IMG/VR virus record: IMGVR_UViG_2698536348_000016
Reading direction: 5' to 3' (one strand)
DNA length: 16,246 nt
Source: a virus
Taxonomy: Duplodnaviria; Heunggongvirae; Uroviricota; Caudoviricetes
Shown here in pieces: positions 1 to 8,575 of the stretch. The position numbers and the translations under genes are program-made. The notes under the pieces are model-generated. The model saw nothing but the letters and a program-made list of their open reading frames with translations. It had not been told where the DNA came from and did no database searches. The first letter of the stretch is position 1; every line of letters begins with the position of its first letter.

Positions 1-80
1 GGGGAAAAACGAGTATTTTTAGTCATCCTGTTTACCTCTTTCTCAGGAAGTTTAGTCTCCAGGATTCCCGGGGCGGTTCA
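1..80 (-). mobile_element. IS3-family insertion sequence end (IS629/IS1203-like): terminal repeat and first codons of orfA
   Basis: Minus strand from 80 to 1 reads TGAACCGCCCCGGGAATCCTGGAGACTAAACTTCCTGAGAAAGAGGTAAACAGG, then ATG ACT AAA AAT ACT CGT TTT TCC (MTKNTRFS...) running off the window. A TG-initiated terminal repeat followed by RBS and orfA start is the IS3-family layout, and the N-terminus matches my recollection of IS629 OrfA. The pdeR frame breaks exactly at 80/81. Only 80 nt are visible, so the family call is tentative. Confidence 0.5.
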
Positions 81-622
81 TTGCCGCTTCGAAAAAATAC
101 ACGGTTATTGCGCCTGGATGCCGCAGCTTCACGACGGCTCATAAACAGTTTAAACACGCTTTGCCCAATGACGTCGTGTTCTTTCAACCCTGTGTAATCT
201 TCACATAACCGATTGAAGCGTTGGATATTCCCCCGGCTGTCGAGAATCACTATTGCGGAATGTGCTTCAGAAACTACCTGCTCAGCAAAGGAAAGCCCGT
301 GTGATAAATCACGAGCAACCGCCGGTGTGTCATGCCATGCAGACGCGTTGCCAGCCCATTCCCGTTTATTGATTTTTCGTCCTACCAGATGCACAGAAAG
401 ATCGCTTTCATCGACGGTCAGACTCATCATCAGGCTGGAGGTGATGACCGTCATTTCCCTGATGCGAGCAGCCTGTTCGGCAGATAACTGCAATGTACGA
501 TCAGGTTCTGTGGTTTCGGTGGTAGAAAAGCGCAAAACATCGCTGCTTTCCGTCAACCGCCAGTATGGATTGTGCGATCCGAGAAAGTTGTACAACGTTG
601 TGGACTCCCTAACGGTTTTCAT
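81..622 (-). pseudogene. pdeR: pdeR (yciR/gmr) 5' fragment, c-di-GMP phosphodiesterase N-terminal PAS region, interrupted by the IS
   Basis: ORF 32..622 starts MKTVRESTTLYNFLGSHNPYW... with GGAGG RBS 9 nt upstream of the ATG at 622. The expected protein is about 660 aa (PAS-GGDEF-EAL), but the frame runs into IS sequence after about codon 181 (..RVFFRSGN) and stops at 32. Confidence 0.6.
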
Positions 623-821
623 GATGCATATCCTCCGGTTAACTGCGGAGTCCGCGGTTAAATAAAAGGAACAACATGACTTACATGAAATTAACGGCGG
701 CTAAACGCATTGTTTTTTTTATATATTTATTTGTAATCCAGTTTTGGAAAAACGCCAGTTTTCAAACGAAAGTCAGTTAAAAAATCTGCCTGGATATAAC
801 GAAGGTAGAGCGGGGAAATAA

Positions 822-848
822 ACGGCCCATCCATGAGGAATGGGCCGT
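822..848 (-). terminator. Intrinsic terminator downstream of rnb
   Basis: Hairpin ACGGCCCAT / ATGGGCCGT (9-bp arms) directly after the rnb stop; on the minus strand it is followed by a T-rich stretch (TTTATTT). Confidence 0.55.
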
Positions 849-857
849 GAAAGGAGA

Positions 858-2792
858 TTACGCGACCGGGCGCGCAATAATGCTGCGGGTTTCCATGCGG
901 ACTTCGGCAATAGTGACGTCAATAACGTCAGTCACTTTGTAAACCGTTTCACCTTTAATTTGTACAGTGCCGTTTTCCTGGCTGCAAACCAGTTCATCGC
1001 GCATAGCGTGTAAGAAAGGTGCCGGAATAAAGGCGATAGCGCCGTTATCAACCAAACGAACACGCATGCCGCCACGGCTGATATCGACAATTTCCGCTGC
1101 GAAACGGGTGTCGGTCCCGGCTTTGTCTTTCAGGAAGCGTGCGTATAACCAGTCACCAACATCACGTTCTGCCATCCGGTTGAGACGGCGACGCTCGGCC
1201 ATTTGGACAGTGATTTCATCCTGTGGGCGCGTCGCAGTTTCGCCTTTGATAACCGCTTTCAGCAGACGGTGGTTGATCATGTCGCCATATTTACGGATCG
1301 GCGAAGTCCAGGTGGCGTATGCTTCCAGACCGAGGCCAAAGTGAGGACCGGGTTCAGTGCTAATTTCAGCAAATGACTGGAAGCGACGAATGCGGCTGTC
1401 GAGGAAACCAGTTGGTTGCGCGTCCAGTTCACGACGCAGTTTGCAGAAACCGTCCAGCGTGAGCACTTCTTCGGCATCGACATGCAGACCGTGCGTTTTC
1501 AGCAACGCTGCCAGCGCGTCGGCATTCGCCGGATCAAAGCCCATATGCACGTTATAGATGCCAAAACCGAGCTTATCGCGCAGTACGCGGGCCGCACAAA
1601 TGTTAGCGGCAATCATCGCTTCTTCGACGATACGGTTGGCAATGCGACGAGGCTCGGCGACGATATCCAGCACTTCACCTTTTTCACCGAGAATAAAGCG
1701 GTAATCCGGGCGATCTTTAAACACCAGTGCGTGGTTATGACGCCACTCGCCGCGGCGTTGGCAAATTTGCGCTAGCAAACGGACTTGTTCGGCAATTGCT
1801 TCACTTTCAGGCTGCCAGTCACCGGTATTTTCCAGCCAGTCAGAAACCTGGTCATACACCAGCTTTGCTTTGGATTCGATGGTGGCGGCAAAGAATTCGA
1901 TATTATCTTCAATGGTGCCATCAGCGGAGAGCGTCATGCGGCATACCAGTACCGGGCGGACTTCATTGGCGCGCAGTGAGCAGAGATCGTCAGAAAGCTC
2001 GCGAGGCAGCATAGGGATGTTGAAGCCAGGCAGATAGTTGGTGAATGCGCGAATTTTCGCGGCTTTGTCCAGCTTGCTGCCTTCAGCAATCCACGCGGTT
2101 GGATCGGCAATCGCCACAATCAGCTGAAGTTTGTCATCCGGCAACGCCTTAGCGAAAAGGGCGTCATCCATATCTTCTGTGCTGGCACTGTCGATGGTGA
2201 CAAAATCCAGCGCGGTCAGATCTTCACGAACCAGACCTTCATCGAGCATTTCGGTAGCGACGCCGTCTGGTGCTTCTTTTTCCAGATTATGGCGCGCAAG
2301 GGTAACCCACCACGGTACAAAGTGGTCGTCACCAAAAGTGATGTATTGTGTCAGTTCAGCATAGAAAGAACGATCGCCTTTCAGCGGATGACGGCGCATT
2401 TCGGCAACCGCCCAGTCGCCTTCTTTAAACTCGTGGTTCAGGCCACGGGCTGCGCGGCAAGGAATGGCGTCTTTTAAGAGTGGATGATCAGGAACGATGG
2501 CCAGACGGTCATTTTTGCCCTGAACTTTACCCACGAAACGAGTCAGGAACGGTTCAACCAGTTCTTCTGGCTCTGCGGATTCACGTTCTTTTTCACTGTG
2601 GATCACCGCGATAATTCGGTCGCCATGCATGACTTTTTTCATCTGCGGCGGCGGAATGAAATAACTTTTTTGCGCGTCGACTTCCAGGAAGCCAAAGCCT
2701 TTTTCTGTGGCTTTTACCACCCCTTCAGCGCGTGGCGTCTGGGAATGCAGTTGCTGTTTAAGCTGCGCTAGCAGCGGGTTGTCCTGAAACAT
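858..2792 (-). CDS. rnb: Exoribonuclease II (RNase II)
   Basis: 644-aa [41 protein letters not shown]..., matching RNase II as I recall it (RNB catalytic domain, C-terminal S1 domain); length and neighbours fit. Confidence 0.96.
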   Translation of the reverse strand: MFQDNPLLAQLKQQLHSQTPRAEGVVKATEKGFGFLEVDAQKSYFIPPPQMKKVMHGDRIIAVIHSEKERESAEPEELVEPFLTRFVGKVQGKNDRLAIVPDHPLLKDAIPCRAARGLNHEFKEGDWAVAEMRRHPLKGDRSFYAELTQYITFGDDHFVPWWVTLARHNLEKEAPDGVATEMLDEGLVREDLTALDFVTIDSASTEDMDDALFAKALPDDKLQLIVAIADPTAWIAEGSKLDKAAKIRAFTNYLPGFNIPMLPRELSDDLCSLRANEVRPVLVCRMTLSADGTIEDNIEFFAATIESKAKLVYDQVSDWLENTGDWQPESEAIAEQVRLLAQICQRRGEWRHNHALVFKDRPDYRFILGEKGEVLDIVAEPRRIANRIVEEAMIAANICAARVLRDKLGFGIYNVHMGFDPANADALAALLKTHGLHVDAEEVLTLDGFCKLRRELDAQPTGFLDSRIRRFQSFAEISTEPGPHFGLGLEAYATWTSPIRKYGDMINHRLLKAVIKGETATRPQDEITVQMAERRRLNRMAERDVGDWLYARFLKDKAGTDTRFAAEIVDISRGGMRVRLVDNGAIAFIPAPFLHAMRDELVCSQENGTVQIKGETVYKVTDVIDVTIAEVRMETRSIIARPVA

Positions 2793-2859
2793 AATTGTCT
2801 ATTTTGGTGGCCATTAGAGCGGCTGACAGTTTTACGCGAATCTGTCTGACGCGGCAAGG

Positions 2860-3987
2860 TTAATATGTCTCACCCAACGCGATTTTTAAGCGATTTATCC
2901 AGCCACACAGCCCGCTCCATACCAGCAGATTAATAATCTGCGTTGATGATTTTTCGTGTTCGAGTAAAGGGCTGAACTGGGCGGCGCTAAAGCGATCGGG
3001 TGCTCGGGTCAGCCATTGTATCGCCTGAACGGTAGCGTGCTCAACAGAATGACGGTCAGCCCATTGGTTAATTTCATTTTCGCCCTTGCGCAGAAGGGGG
3101 CTGATTTTTTTATATTCATTTGATGAATCCATACAGGCGGCAAAACAAGCAGGACTGCCATTTATCCGCGCGCATAACAACGCCGCAAGCTTATTATCCG
3201 GCTGTGTATTAACCCGTGTACTGTTTAACAACCTTTCGAGAAGGGAAAGTGAAATAGGGTGGAGAGAGAGTGTTTCGGCCAGTTGGCAAAGTTCTGCTGT
3301 TGAACTTTTTGTGTACTCTTCAGGTAGTTTTTCCACCTCATAGCTGCTTCGCCAGCGTATTGATTCATCAGCAAACAGTGACGCGTCGGCGTAGTTTTGT
3401 ATTTCCAGACCGGGTAACCAGCGTACCGGGTGCCCGAGATAAGCCTGAAATGTCGCAATGGTCCGCGCCTGAAAGCCAATAAAACCAATGATTTGGTTAA
3501 TGATCACACAGTCCCCGGCAGTAAGACCGACGTCATTCAGATGCTGGCGCGATCGGTTGTCGATAATAGAAGGCGAGCTAGCCAGTTGGCGGGCATATTG
3601 CGTGATTTGTGCCAACCTATGATTGCTTTCCCTGGAGGAATCAGGCCCGGGGAGCGGCGTAAGTCGCGCCGAATAGTAGTTACATAACCGCTGGACGCCG
3701 CAAACCTGAGCAACCGTCAGGGCCGTAGACAAGCGTTCATAAGCGGTGAAGGTCTGTGAACGGGTCACGGTAAGCTGGTCAGGGAACAATTCCACTGCAA
3801 GAACGCGCGCAGGGACCAGCCATGAAAGGAAGGGAGCCAGCGTTTCTTCATCAAGGAGCACGTCGAGCAGAAAGGGATCGCTGACCTTTGCGGCTTCCGG
3901 GACCAGAGGCAGAACGTCATACTCCGCAGTACTGGATTGCGTTTCATGATACCAGTGGCTTTTGCCGGTGATGTGGCGTTGTTCCAT
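2860..3987 (-). CDS. yciW: YciW (CMD-like putative oxidoreductase)
   Basis: ORF track gives 401 aa from 4065, but AAGGAG lies 5 nt upstream of the internal ATG at 3987 ([15 protein letters not shown]...), giving 375 aa; synteny between rnb and fabI. Confidence 0.85.
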   Translation of the reverse strand: MEQRHITGKSHWYHETQSSTAEYDVLPLVPEAAKVSDPFLLDVLLDEETLAPFLSWLVPARVLAVELFPDQLTVTRSQTFTAYERLSTALTVAQVCGVQRLCNYYSARLTPLPGPDSSRESNHRLAQITQYARQLASSPSIIDNRSRQHLNDVGLTAGDCVIINQIIGFIGFQARTIATFQAYLGHPVRWLPGLEIQNYADASLFADESIRWRSSYEVEKLPEEYTKSSTAELCQLAETLSLHPISLSLLERLLNSTRVNTQPDNKLAALLCARINGSPACFAACMDSSNEYKKISPLLRKGENEINQWADRHSVEHATVQAIQWLTRAPDRFSAAQFSPLLEHEKSSTQIINLLVWSGLCGWINRLKIALGETY

Positions 3988-4092
3988 GGGCGCTCCTTGG
4001 TCGTAAAGGAAATCGTTATCCTGACGCAAGGCGGGAAGGGGAGAAAGACGGATCGGCGATAACAAATATCAGAAAGGTATAACAGAGATAAC

Positions 4093-4111
4093 GGGCGGCA
4101 GAACGCCGCCC
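4093..4111 (-). terminator. Hairpin downstream of fabI (probable terminator)
   Basis: GGGCGGC agaac GCCGCCC perfect 7-bp stem 20 nt after the fabI stop; the U-tract on the minus strand is imperfect (GTTATCTCTGTTAT). Confidence 0.4.
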
Positions 4112-4131
4112 AATATTTACCAACAGAATGA

Positions 4132-4920
4132 TTATTTCAATTCGAGTTCGTTCATTGCAGCGATGCTGAAACCGCCGTCAACGTGGACCACTTCACCGGA
4201 GATACCGGCAGAGAGATCGGAGCACAGGAATGCCGCGGAGTTACCCACATCTTCAATAGTAACGGTACGGCGAATCGGGGTAACGGCTTCGCAATGAGCC
4301 AGCATTTTGCGGAAGTCTTTGATACCGGAGGCCGCCAGAGTACGGATCGGACCAGCAGAGATGGCGTTAACACGCACACCTTCCGGACCCATCGCGTTCG
4401 CCATATAGCGCACGTTCGCTTCCAGAGACGCTTTTGCCAGACCCATAACGTTGTAGTTCGGGATAGCGCGCTCAGCGCCAAGGTAGGAAAGGGTCAGCAG
4501 GGCAGAACCCGGATTCAGCATGGAGCGGCAAGCTTTTGCCATTGCAACGAAGCTGTAGGAGCTGATGTCGTGGGCAATTTTGAAGCCTTCACGGGTAACG
4601 GCGTTAACATAGTCACCATCCAGCTGATCGCCAGGTGCAAAACCAATAGAGTGTACGAAACCGTCAAATTTCGGCCAAACTTTCCCCAGTTCAGCGAACA
4701 TAGTGTCGATGCTGGCATCTTCTGCAACATCGCACTGCAGAACGATGTCAGAACCCAATTGAGCGGCAAATTCTTCTACGCGGCCTTTCAGTTTGTCGTT
4801 CTGGTAGGTGAATGCCAGTTCAGCTCCTTCGCGGTGCATCGCCTGAGCGATACCGTAGGCGATGGATAGTTTGCTGGCAACACCGGTTACCAGAATGCGC
4901 TTACCGGAAAGAAAACCCAT
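4132..4920 (-). CDS. fabI: Enoyl-ACP reductase (NADH) FabI
   Basis: 262-aa [43 protein letters not shown]..., SDR-family signature and length of FabI. Confidence 0.96.
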
Positions 4921-5084
4921 AGCTTTAATCCTTATTGTTGATGCTTGTTGTGCCTGAAAATCAGGCGATTCGTCGTTTTAGTAAACAGTACGAACAGATA
5001 AACGGTTATTATAATCAACCTGGCTGTGAGTAGCTATAGTTGCCAGGTCCGACCGGAGCAGGCTGCGGCAGGGTGGGCGCTTTT

Positions 5085-5124
5085 CCCCTTACCCTAACCC
5101 TCTCCCCAGAGGGGCGAGGGGACC
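5085..5124. repeat. GC-rich imperfect palindromic intergenic repeat (Box C/REP-like), copy A
   Basis: CCCCTTACCCTAACCCTCTCCCCAGAGGGGCGAGGGGACC; shares ACCCT(A/C)ACCCT and GGGCGAGGGG blocks in inverted orientation with copy B at 5271..5306. Confidence 0.4.
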
Positions 5125-5270
5125 ATATTGTGCAAATATTGTTACCCCAGCAACAAACAGGCTCATACAGCCCCTAACCCTTTTATGGCGATGGCTGGGA
5201 TGGTTCAGACCTTGCCGAATATTCTCCAGCACTGTCTCCATGTTTTCACCACAACAGCTATTCGGCTCGG

Positions 5271-5306
5271 TCGGCCCCCTCGCCCTTTCAGGGTGAGGGT
5301 GACCGG
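5271..5306. repeat. GC-rich imperfect palindromic intergenic repeat, copy B (inverted relative to A)
   Basis: TCGGCCCCCTCGCCCTTTCAGGGTGAGGGTGACCGG; its reverse complement aligns with copy A; overlaps the ycjD stop. Confidence 0.4.
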
Positions 5307-5638
5307 CGGTTCAGTTCCTGCAGAATAATCTCCAGCACCGCCTCCTCATTACAATCAATCTCGTTATGCCAGAAACGCAGCACGGTCCAGCTCTGCGACT
5401 CAAGCCAGCTAGTGCGCCTGGTATCATAGGCAACTGCCAAATCATGCTGCCCACCATCCAGCTCAACGACTACGCGCGCCGAGCAGCAAGCAAAATCGAG
5501 AATGTAGCTCCCCACCGGATGTTGACGGCGAAATTTGAAATCACCAAAACGTCGGCTGCGAAGATATCGCCAGAGCTTTCGTTCCTGCAAAGTGAGATTG
5601 CGTCTTAAATCACGCGCATTTGATTTTATTTTATCCAT
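5288..5638 (-). CDS. ycjD: YcjD, DUF559 endonuclease-fold protein
   Basis: ORF 5288..5641 begins at GTG; the ATG at 5638 gives MDKIKSNARDLRRNLTLQERKLWRYLRSRRFGDFKFRRQHPVG..., 116 aa; position between fabI and sapF. Confidence 0.8.
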   Translation of the reverse strand: MDKIKSNARDLRRNLTLQERKLWRYLRSRRFGDFKFRRQHPVGSYILDFACCSARVVVELDGGQHDLAVAYDTRRTSWLESQSWTVLRFWHNEIDCNEEAVLEIILQELNRRSPSP

Positions 5639-5640
5639 CA

Positions 5641-5679
5641 CCTCATTCTGACAAGATTTAATCTCTTGTCAGAATGAGG
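5641..5679. repeat. Perfect inverted repeat (16-bp arms, 7-nt spacer) between sapF stop and ycjD start
   Basis: CCTCATTCTGACAAGA tttaatc TCTTGTCAGAATGAGG; no U-tract on either strand, so not a classical intrinsic terminator. Confidence 0.6.
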
Positions 5680-5708
5680 TGGATAATCTGGAAGGAGGAT
5701 TCAGAAAA

Positions 5709-6515
5709 TTAGCGATCTTTACGCCACGCATCCGCTGTCAATGCTTCGCCAAAGTGCCCGGCAATCAGCCGTTTGGTGAGTTCATGCAGCGGCGATGCCA
5801 GCACATCCGCGGTGCTGCCTCGTTCGACAACCTCACCCTGATGCATCACCAGCACCTGGTCGCTAATGTGCTTCATCATTCCGATATGCTGGGTAACATA
5901 AATATACGAAATGCCCTGTTTTTCCTGTAACTCCAGCATCAGATTAATCAACTGCGAACGCATCGACATATCCAGTGAAGCGAGGGCTTCATCGGCAATA
6001 ATGACTTTTGGGCGCAATATCAGCGCGCGCGCCAGACCCAGACGCTGTTTTTGTCCGGGTGCCAACATATGCGGATAGTAACTGACGTGATCCGGTAGCA
6101 GCCCAACCATACGCATCGTTTCAATAATCTGTTTGCGACGCTGTTCCGGTTCCAGGTCGGTGTTCAGGCGCAGTGGAAAATCCAGAATTTGCGAGATACG
6201 TTGACGGGGATTCAACGAGGTCGAAGGATCCTGAAAAATCATGCGAATACGCTGACTGCGGAAGGAATAATCGCCAAAATGCAGTGGATGATCGTCAATC
6301 AATAACTCGCCGCTGGTAGGCTCTATCATTCCCGCCAGCATTTTTGCCAGCGTGGATTTACCCGAACCATTCTCGCCAATAATCGCCAGTGTCTGGCCTT
6401 CACGTAGCGTAAAGCTCAAGGGTTTTACCGCTTCTACGGTCTGACGACGAAACCAGCCGGTCCGGTAGCGGAACGTTTTACTTAAATTACGCACTTCAAG
6501 CAGCGTTTCGATCAT
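5709..6515 (-). CDS. sapF: Peptide ABC transporter ATP-binding protein SapF
   Basis: 268-aa ORF MIETLLEVRNLSKTF... with Walker A GENGSGKST and ABC signature; follows sapD. Confidence 0.95.
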   Translation of the reverse strand: MIETLLEVRNLSKTFRYRTGWFRRQTVEAVKPLSFTLREGQTLAIIGENGSGKSTLAKMLAGMIEPTSGELLIDDHPLHFGDYSFRSQRIRMIFQDPSTSLNPRQRISQILDFPLRLNTDLEPEQRRKQIIETMRMVGLLPDHVSYYPHMLAPGQKQRLGLARALILRPKVIIADEALASLDMSMRSQLINLMLELQEKQGISYIYVTQHIGMMKHISDQVLVMHQGEVVERGSTADVLASPLHELTKRLIAGHFGEALTADAWRKDR

Positions 6516-6516
6516 C

Positions 6517-7509
6517 TCACTCTTTCTCCATGTTCAGCGGGAAATGACAGGCATAGAGATGATTTTTCGCCCCCGTCAAACGTGGCGTCACAATGCATTC
6601 TCGTTGTGCATACGGGCAACGTGGCCCCAGACGACAACCAATCGGTAACTGTTCCAGCAGTGGGATAGCGCCGGGCAGCGTATTGAGGCGACTTTTATGC
6701 GGCATCGCGCTGCCGAAGTCTGGTATCGCGCGGATCAGCGCCTGGGTATAAGGATGATGTGGCATCGTCACCAACTCCTTACTCGGCGCGGTTTCCACTG
6801 TTTGACCGCAGTAAAGCACGTTAATTTTATCCGCCCATTGGCTAAGCATTTGTAAGTCATGGCTGATAAGCAAAATAGTGGTATTGCTGTTTTGGTTGAG
6901 ACGCGTCAGCAGGCGAAAGATTTGCGCCTGGGTTGTTGGCTCCATTGAGTTGGTCGGTTCGTCAGCAATCAGCAGACGCGGTTGATTCGCCAGTGCAATG
7001 GCTATCATCACTTTCTGACATTCACCTTCGGTCAACTCATAGGGAAAACTGCGCATCGCATCTTTGTGATCTTTAATCCCCACGCGGTGCAGCAGTTCAA
7101 TGGCACGGCGTTTGCGCCAGCCAAAACGCTGCCACCAACGGCCTTTATAGGTCCAGGCTGGGATGTTTTGCATCAACTGGCGACCCACACGTTCTGAAGG
7201 GTCAAGACACGACTGCGGTTCCTGGAAAATCATCGACACGTTATGGCCAACCAGTTTGCGCCGTTCGCGTGCGGAGAGACGCAGCAAATCGATATCATCA
7301 AAACGCATACGGTCAGCAGTAACACGCCAGTTATCTTTATTCACCCCACAAATCGCTTTCGCAATCAAACTCTTGCCGGAACCGGATTCACCAACAAGAC
7401 CGCGGATTTCACCTTCGGTTAAGGTCATACTTACCCGGTCGACGGCTTTAACCCACTCATCACCGGTTTTAAATTCAATGGTCAGGTTACGAATATCGAG
7501 TAATGGCAT
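6517..7509 (-). CDS. sapD: Peptide ABC transporter ATP-binding protein SapD
   Basis: 330-aa [29 protein letters not shown]... with Walker A GESGSGKS; start overlaps the sapC stop. Confidence 0.95.
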
Positions 7510-8399
7510 TATTCCACCCCCGCAATAATCGCACGACGAACGCCATCGCCAAGGAGGTTAACCAACAACACGCTAATCATAATTGCCGCACCTGGCAGCA
7601 TGACAGTCCACGGGGCGACATAAATCAGTTCCAGCGCATCACCGAGCATCGCTCCCCATTCAGGCGAGGGGAGTTGTGCGCCGAGATCGAGAAAGCCCAG
7701 CGCGGCGATATCGAGAATTGCCATCGACAGTGCGCGGGTGATCTCGGTGACCAGCCCGGCGGTGATGTTTGGCATCACAGCAAACCAGAGAATATTCAGC
7801 GTTGATGCGCCATCCAGACGGGCGGCGATAACGTACTCTTTTTCCAGTTCGTCATGCACCATGCTGTAAATCGAACGTACCATACGCGGCAGCAATGCCA
7901 GCCAGACAGCAAACATAGCGTGGGACAAACTCGGTCCGGCAAACGCTACAACGATAATTGCCAACAGCAGCGAAGGGATCGCCAGTAAGGTATCCAGAAT
8001 ATGGTTAAGCACCGCTGAGCGGAGGCCGTGTGTCGCCCCGGCGAAGGTGCCCAGTACCAGGCCACAGATCGTCGCGGCAAGCGTCACCACAAATGCGCCA
8101 CCCACGGTTGGCGCAGCTCCGCTCAGTAAACGGCTTAAAACATCGCGTCCGAGGTCGTCAGTCCCCAGGAAGAAAGAAACTTCGCCATAGCGCGACCATG
8201 ACGGCGGCAATAATTGATAACCGAGAAATTGCTGGTCGATGCCGTAAGGCGCAAACCAGCCGCCAAAAATACACAGTACAGCCAGCCCCGCGCAGCCGTA
8301 CAGGCCGACCATCGCAGAGGCGTCACTATAAAATTTGCGCCAGGCGGTACGCAGCGTGCCCGGCGGGCGCTTTTCGCTGTATACGCTATCGTAAGGCAT
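7509..8399 (-). CDS. sapC: Peptide ABC transporter permease SapC
   Basis: 296-aa [38 protein letters not shown]..., multi-TM permease; RBS GAAGG 6 nt upstream of the ATG at 8399. Confidence 0.95.
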
Positions 8400-8533
8400 G
8401 ATTACCTTCTTTAAACTTATTTGCTTTGATTCGTTTTGCTTTAGTTTTTTCTTTCATTTCAATCACATGCCATATTTAGGTGCTTTATTCTTGTTTGTTG
8501 CTATTCGTTTCTTGTAGTTCCAATTTAAGAAAA
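8400..8533. other. Host/prophage junction region (candidate attL and integrase arm-site region)
   Basis: Composition switches abruptly to AT-rich non-coding DNA immediately upstream of the sapC ATG; short direct repeats (TTGCTTT x2, TTCTTGT x2). No sapB reading frame is present. The exact core is not determinable without an empty-site sequence. Confidence 0.45.
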
Positions 8534-8535
8534 AT

Positions 8536-8574
8536 GTGTACACTAAAGTGTATACGAAACACGAGGGTGTACAC
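8536..8574 (+). promoter_or_regulatory. Three copies of the 8-bp palindrome GTGTA(C/T)AC overlapping the integrase RBS/start (candidate operator)
   Basis: GTGTACAC at 8536..8543, GTGTATAC at 8548..8555, GTGTACAC at 8567..8574; the last overlaps the GAGGG RBS. Confidence 0.5.
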
Positions 8575-8575
8575 A

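Noticed and set aside
213-665. 150-aa plus-strand ORF antisense to pdeR
   Set aside because: Lies entirely within the pdeR coding fragment on the opposite strand with no RBS; typical shadow ORF.
676-780. 34-aa plus-strand ORF (MTYMKLTAAKRIVFFIYLFVIQFWKNASFQTKVS) in the pdeR-rnb intergenic region
   Set aside because: Has a weak AAGGA-like RBS but lies in the pdeR promoter and rnb terminator region; I cannot support it as a gene without conservation or expression data.
967-2771. Multiple 60 to 125-aa ORFs on both strands inside rnb (967..1344, 1277..1483, 1416..1775, 1727..2014, 2131..2364, 2484..2771 and others)
   Set aside because: All are nested within the well-supported 644-aa RNase II gene; no independent signals.
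3086-3949. Short ORFs inside or antisense to yciW, and the 401-aa extended yciW start at 4065
   Set aside because: Nested shadow ORFs; for the start, the strong AAGGAG RBS supports the internal ATG at 3987 rather than the upstream start.
4183-4869. 228-aa plus-strand ORF antisense to fabI
   Set aside because: Completely overlaps fabI on the opposite strand; composition-driven open frame.
5128-5328. 66-aa ORF across the GC-rich repeat region between fabI and ycjD
   Set aside because: Runs through palindromic repeat elements, no RBS; likely non-coding.
8030-8414. Plus-strand ORFs (123 aa, 66 aa) antisense to sapC, and the question of a phage-supplied sapB 3' end
   Set aside because: Shadow ORFs within sapC. 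The minus-strand frames upstream of the sapC ATG are AT-rich and stop within about 30 codons, with no attached sapB 5' portion, so no reconstituted sapB is present.
8400-8533. tRNA gene at the prophage junction (the usual target of P4-type integrases)
   Set aside because: No cloverleaf-compatible sequence or CCA-type 3' end seen by eye; the region is AT-rich repeat-like DNA. A tRNA scan would be decisive.
8480-8575. Longer integrase N-terminus from GTG 8480 or ATG 8534
   Set aside because: The extension (MLYSCLLLFVSCSS...) is encoded by the palindrome-rich regulatory DNA; the N-terminus aligns with integrase starts only from LTDTK, with an RBS ahead of TTG 8576. The ATG 8534 start remains possible.
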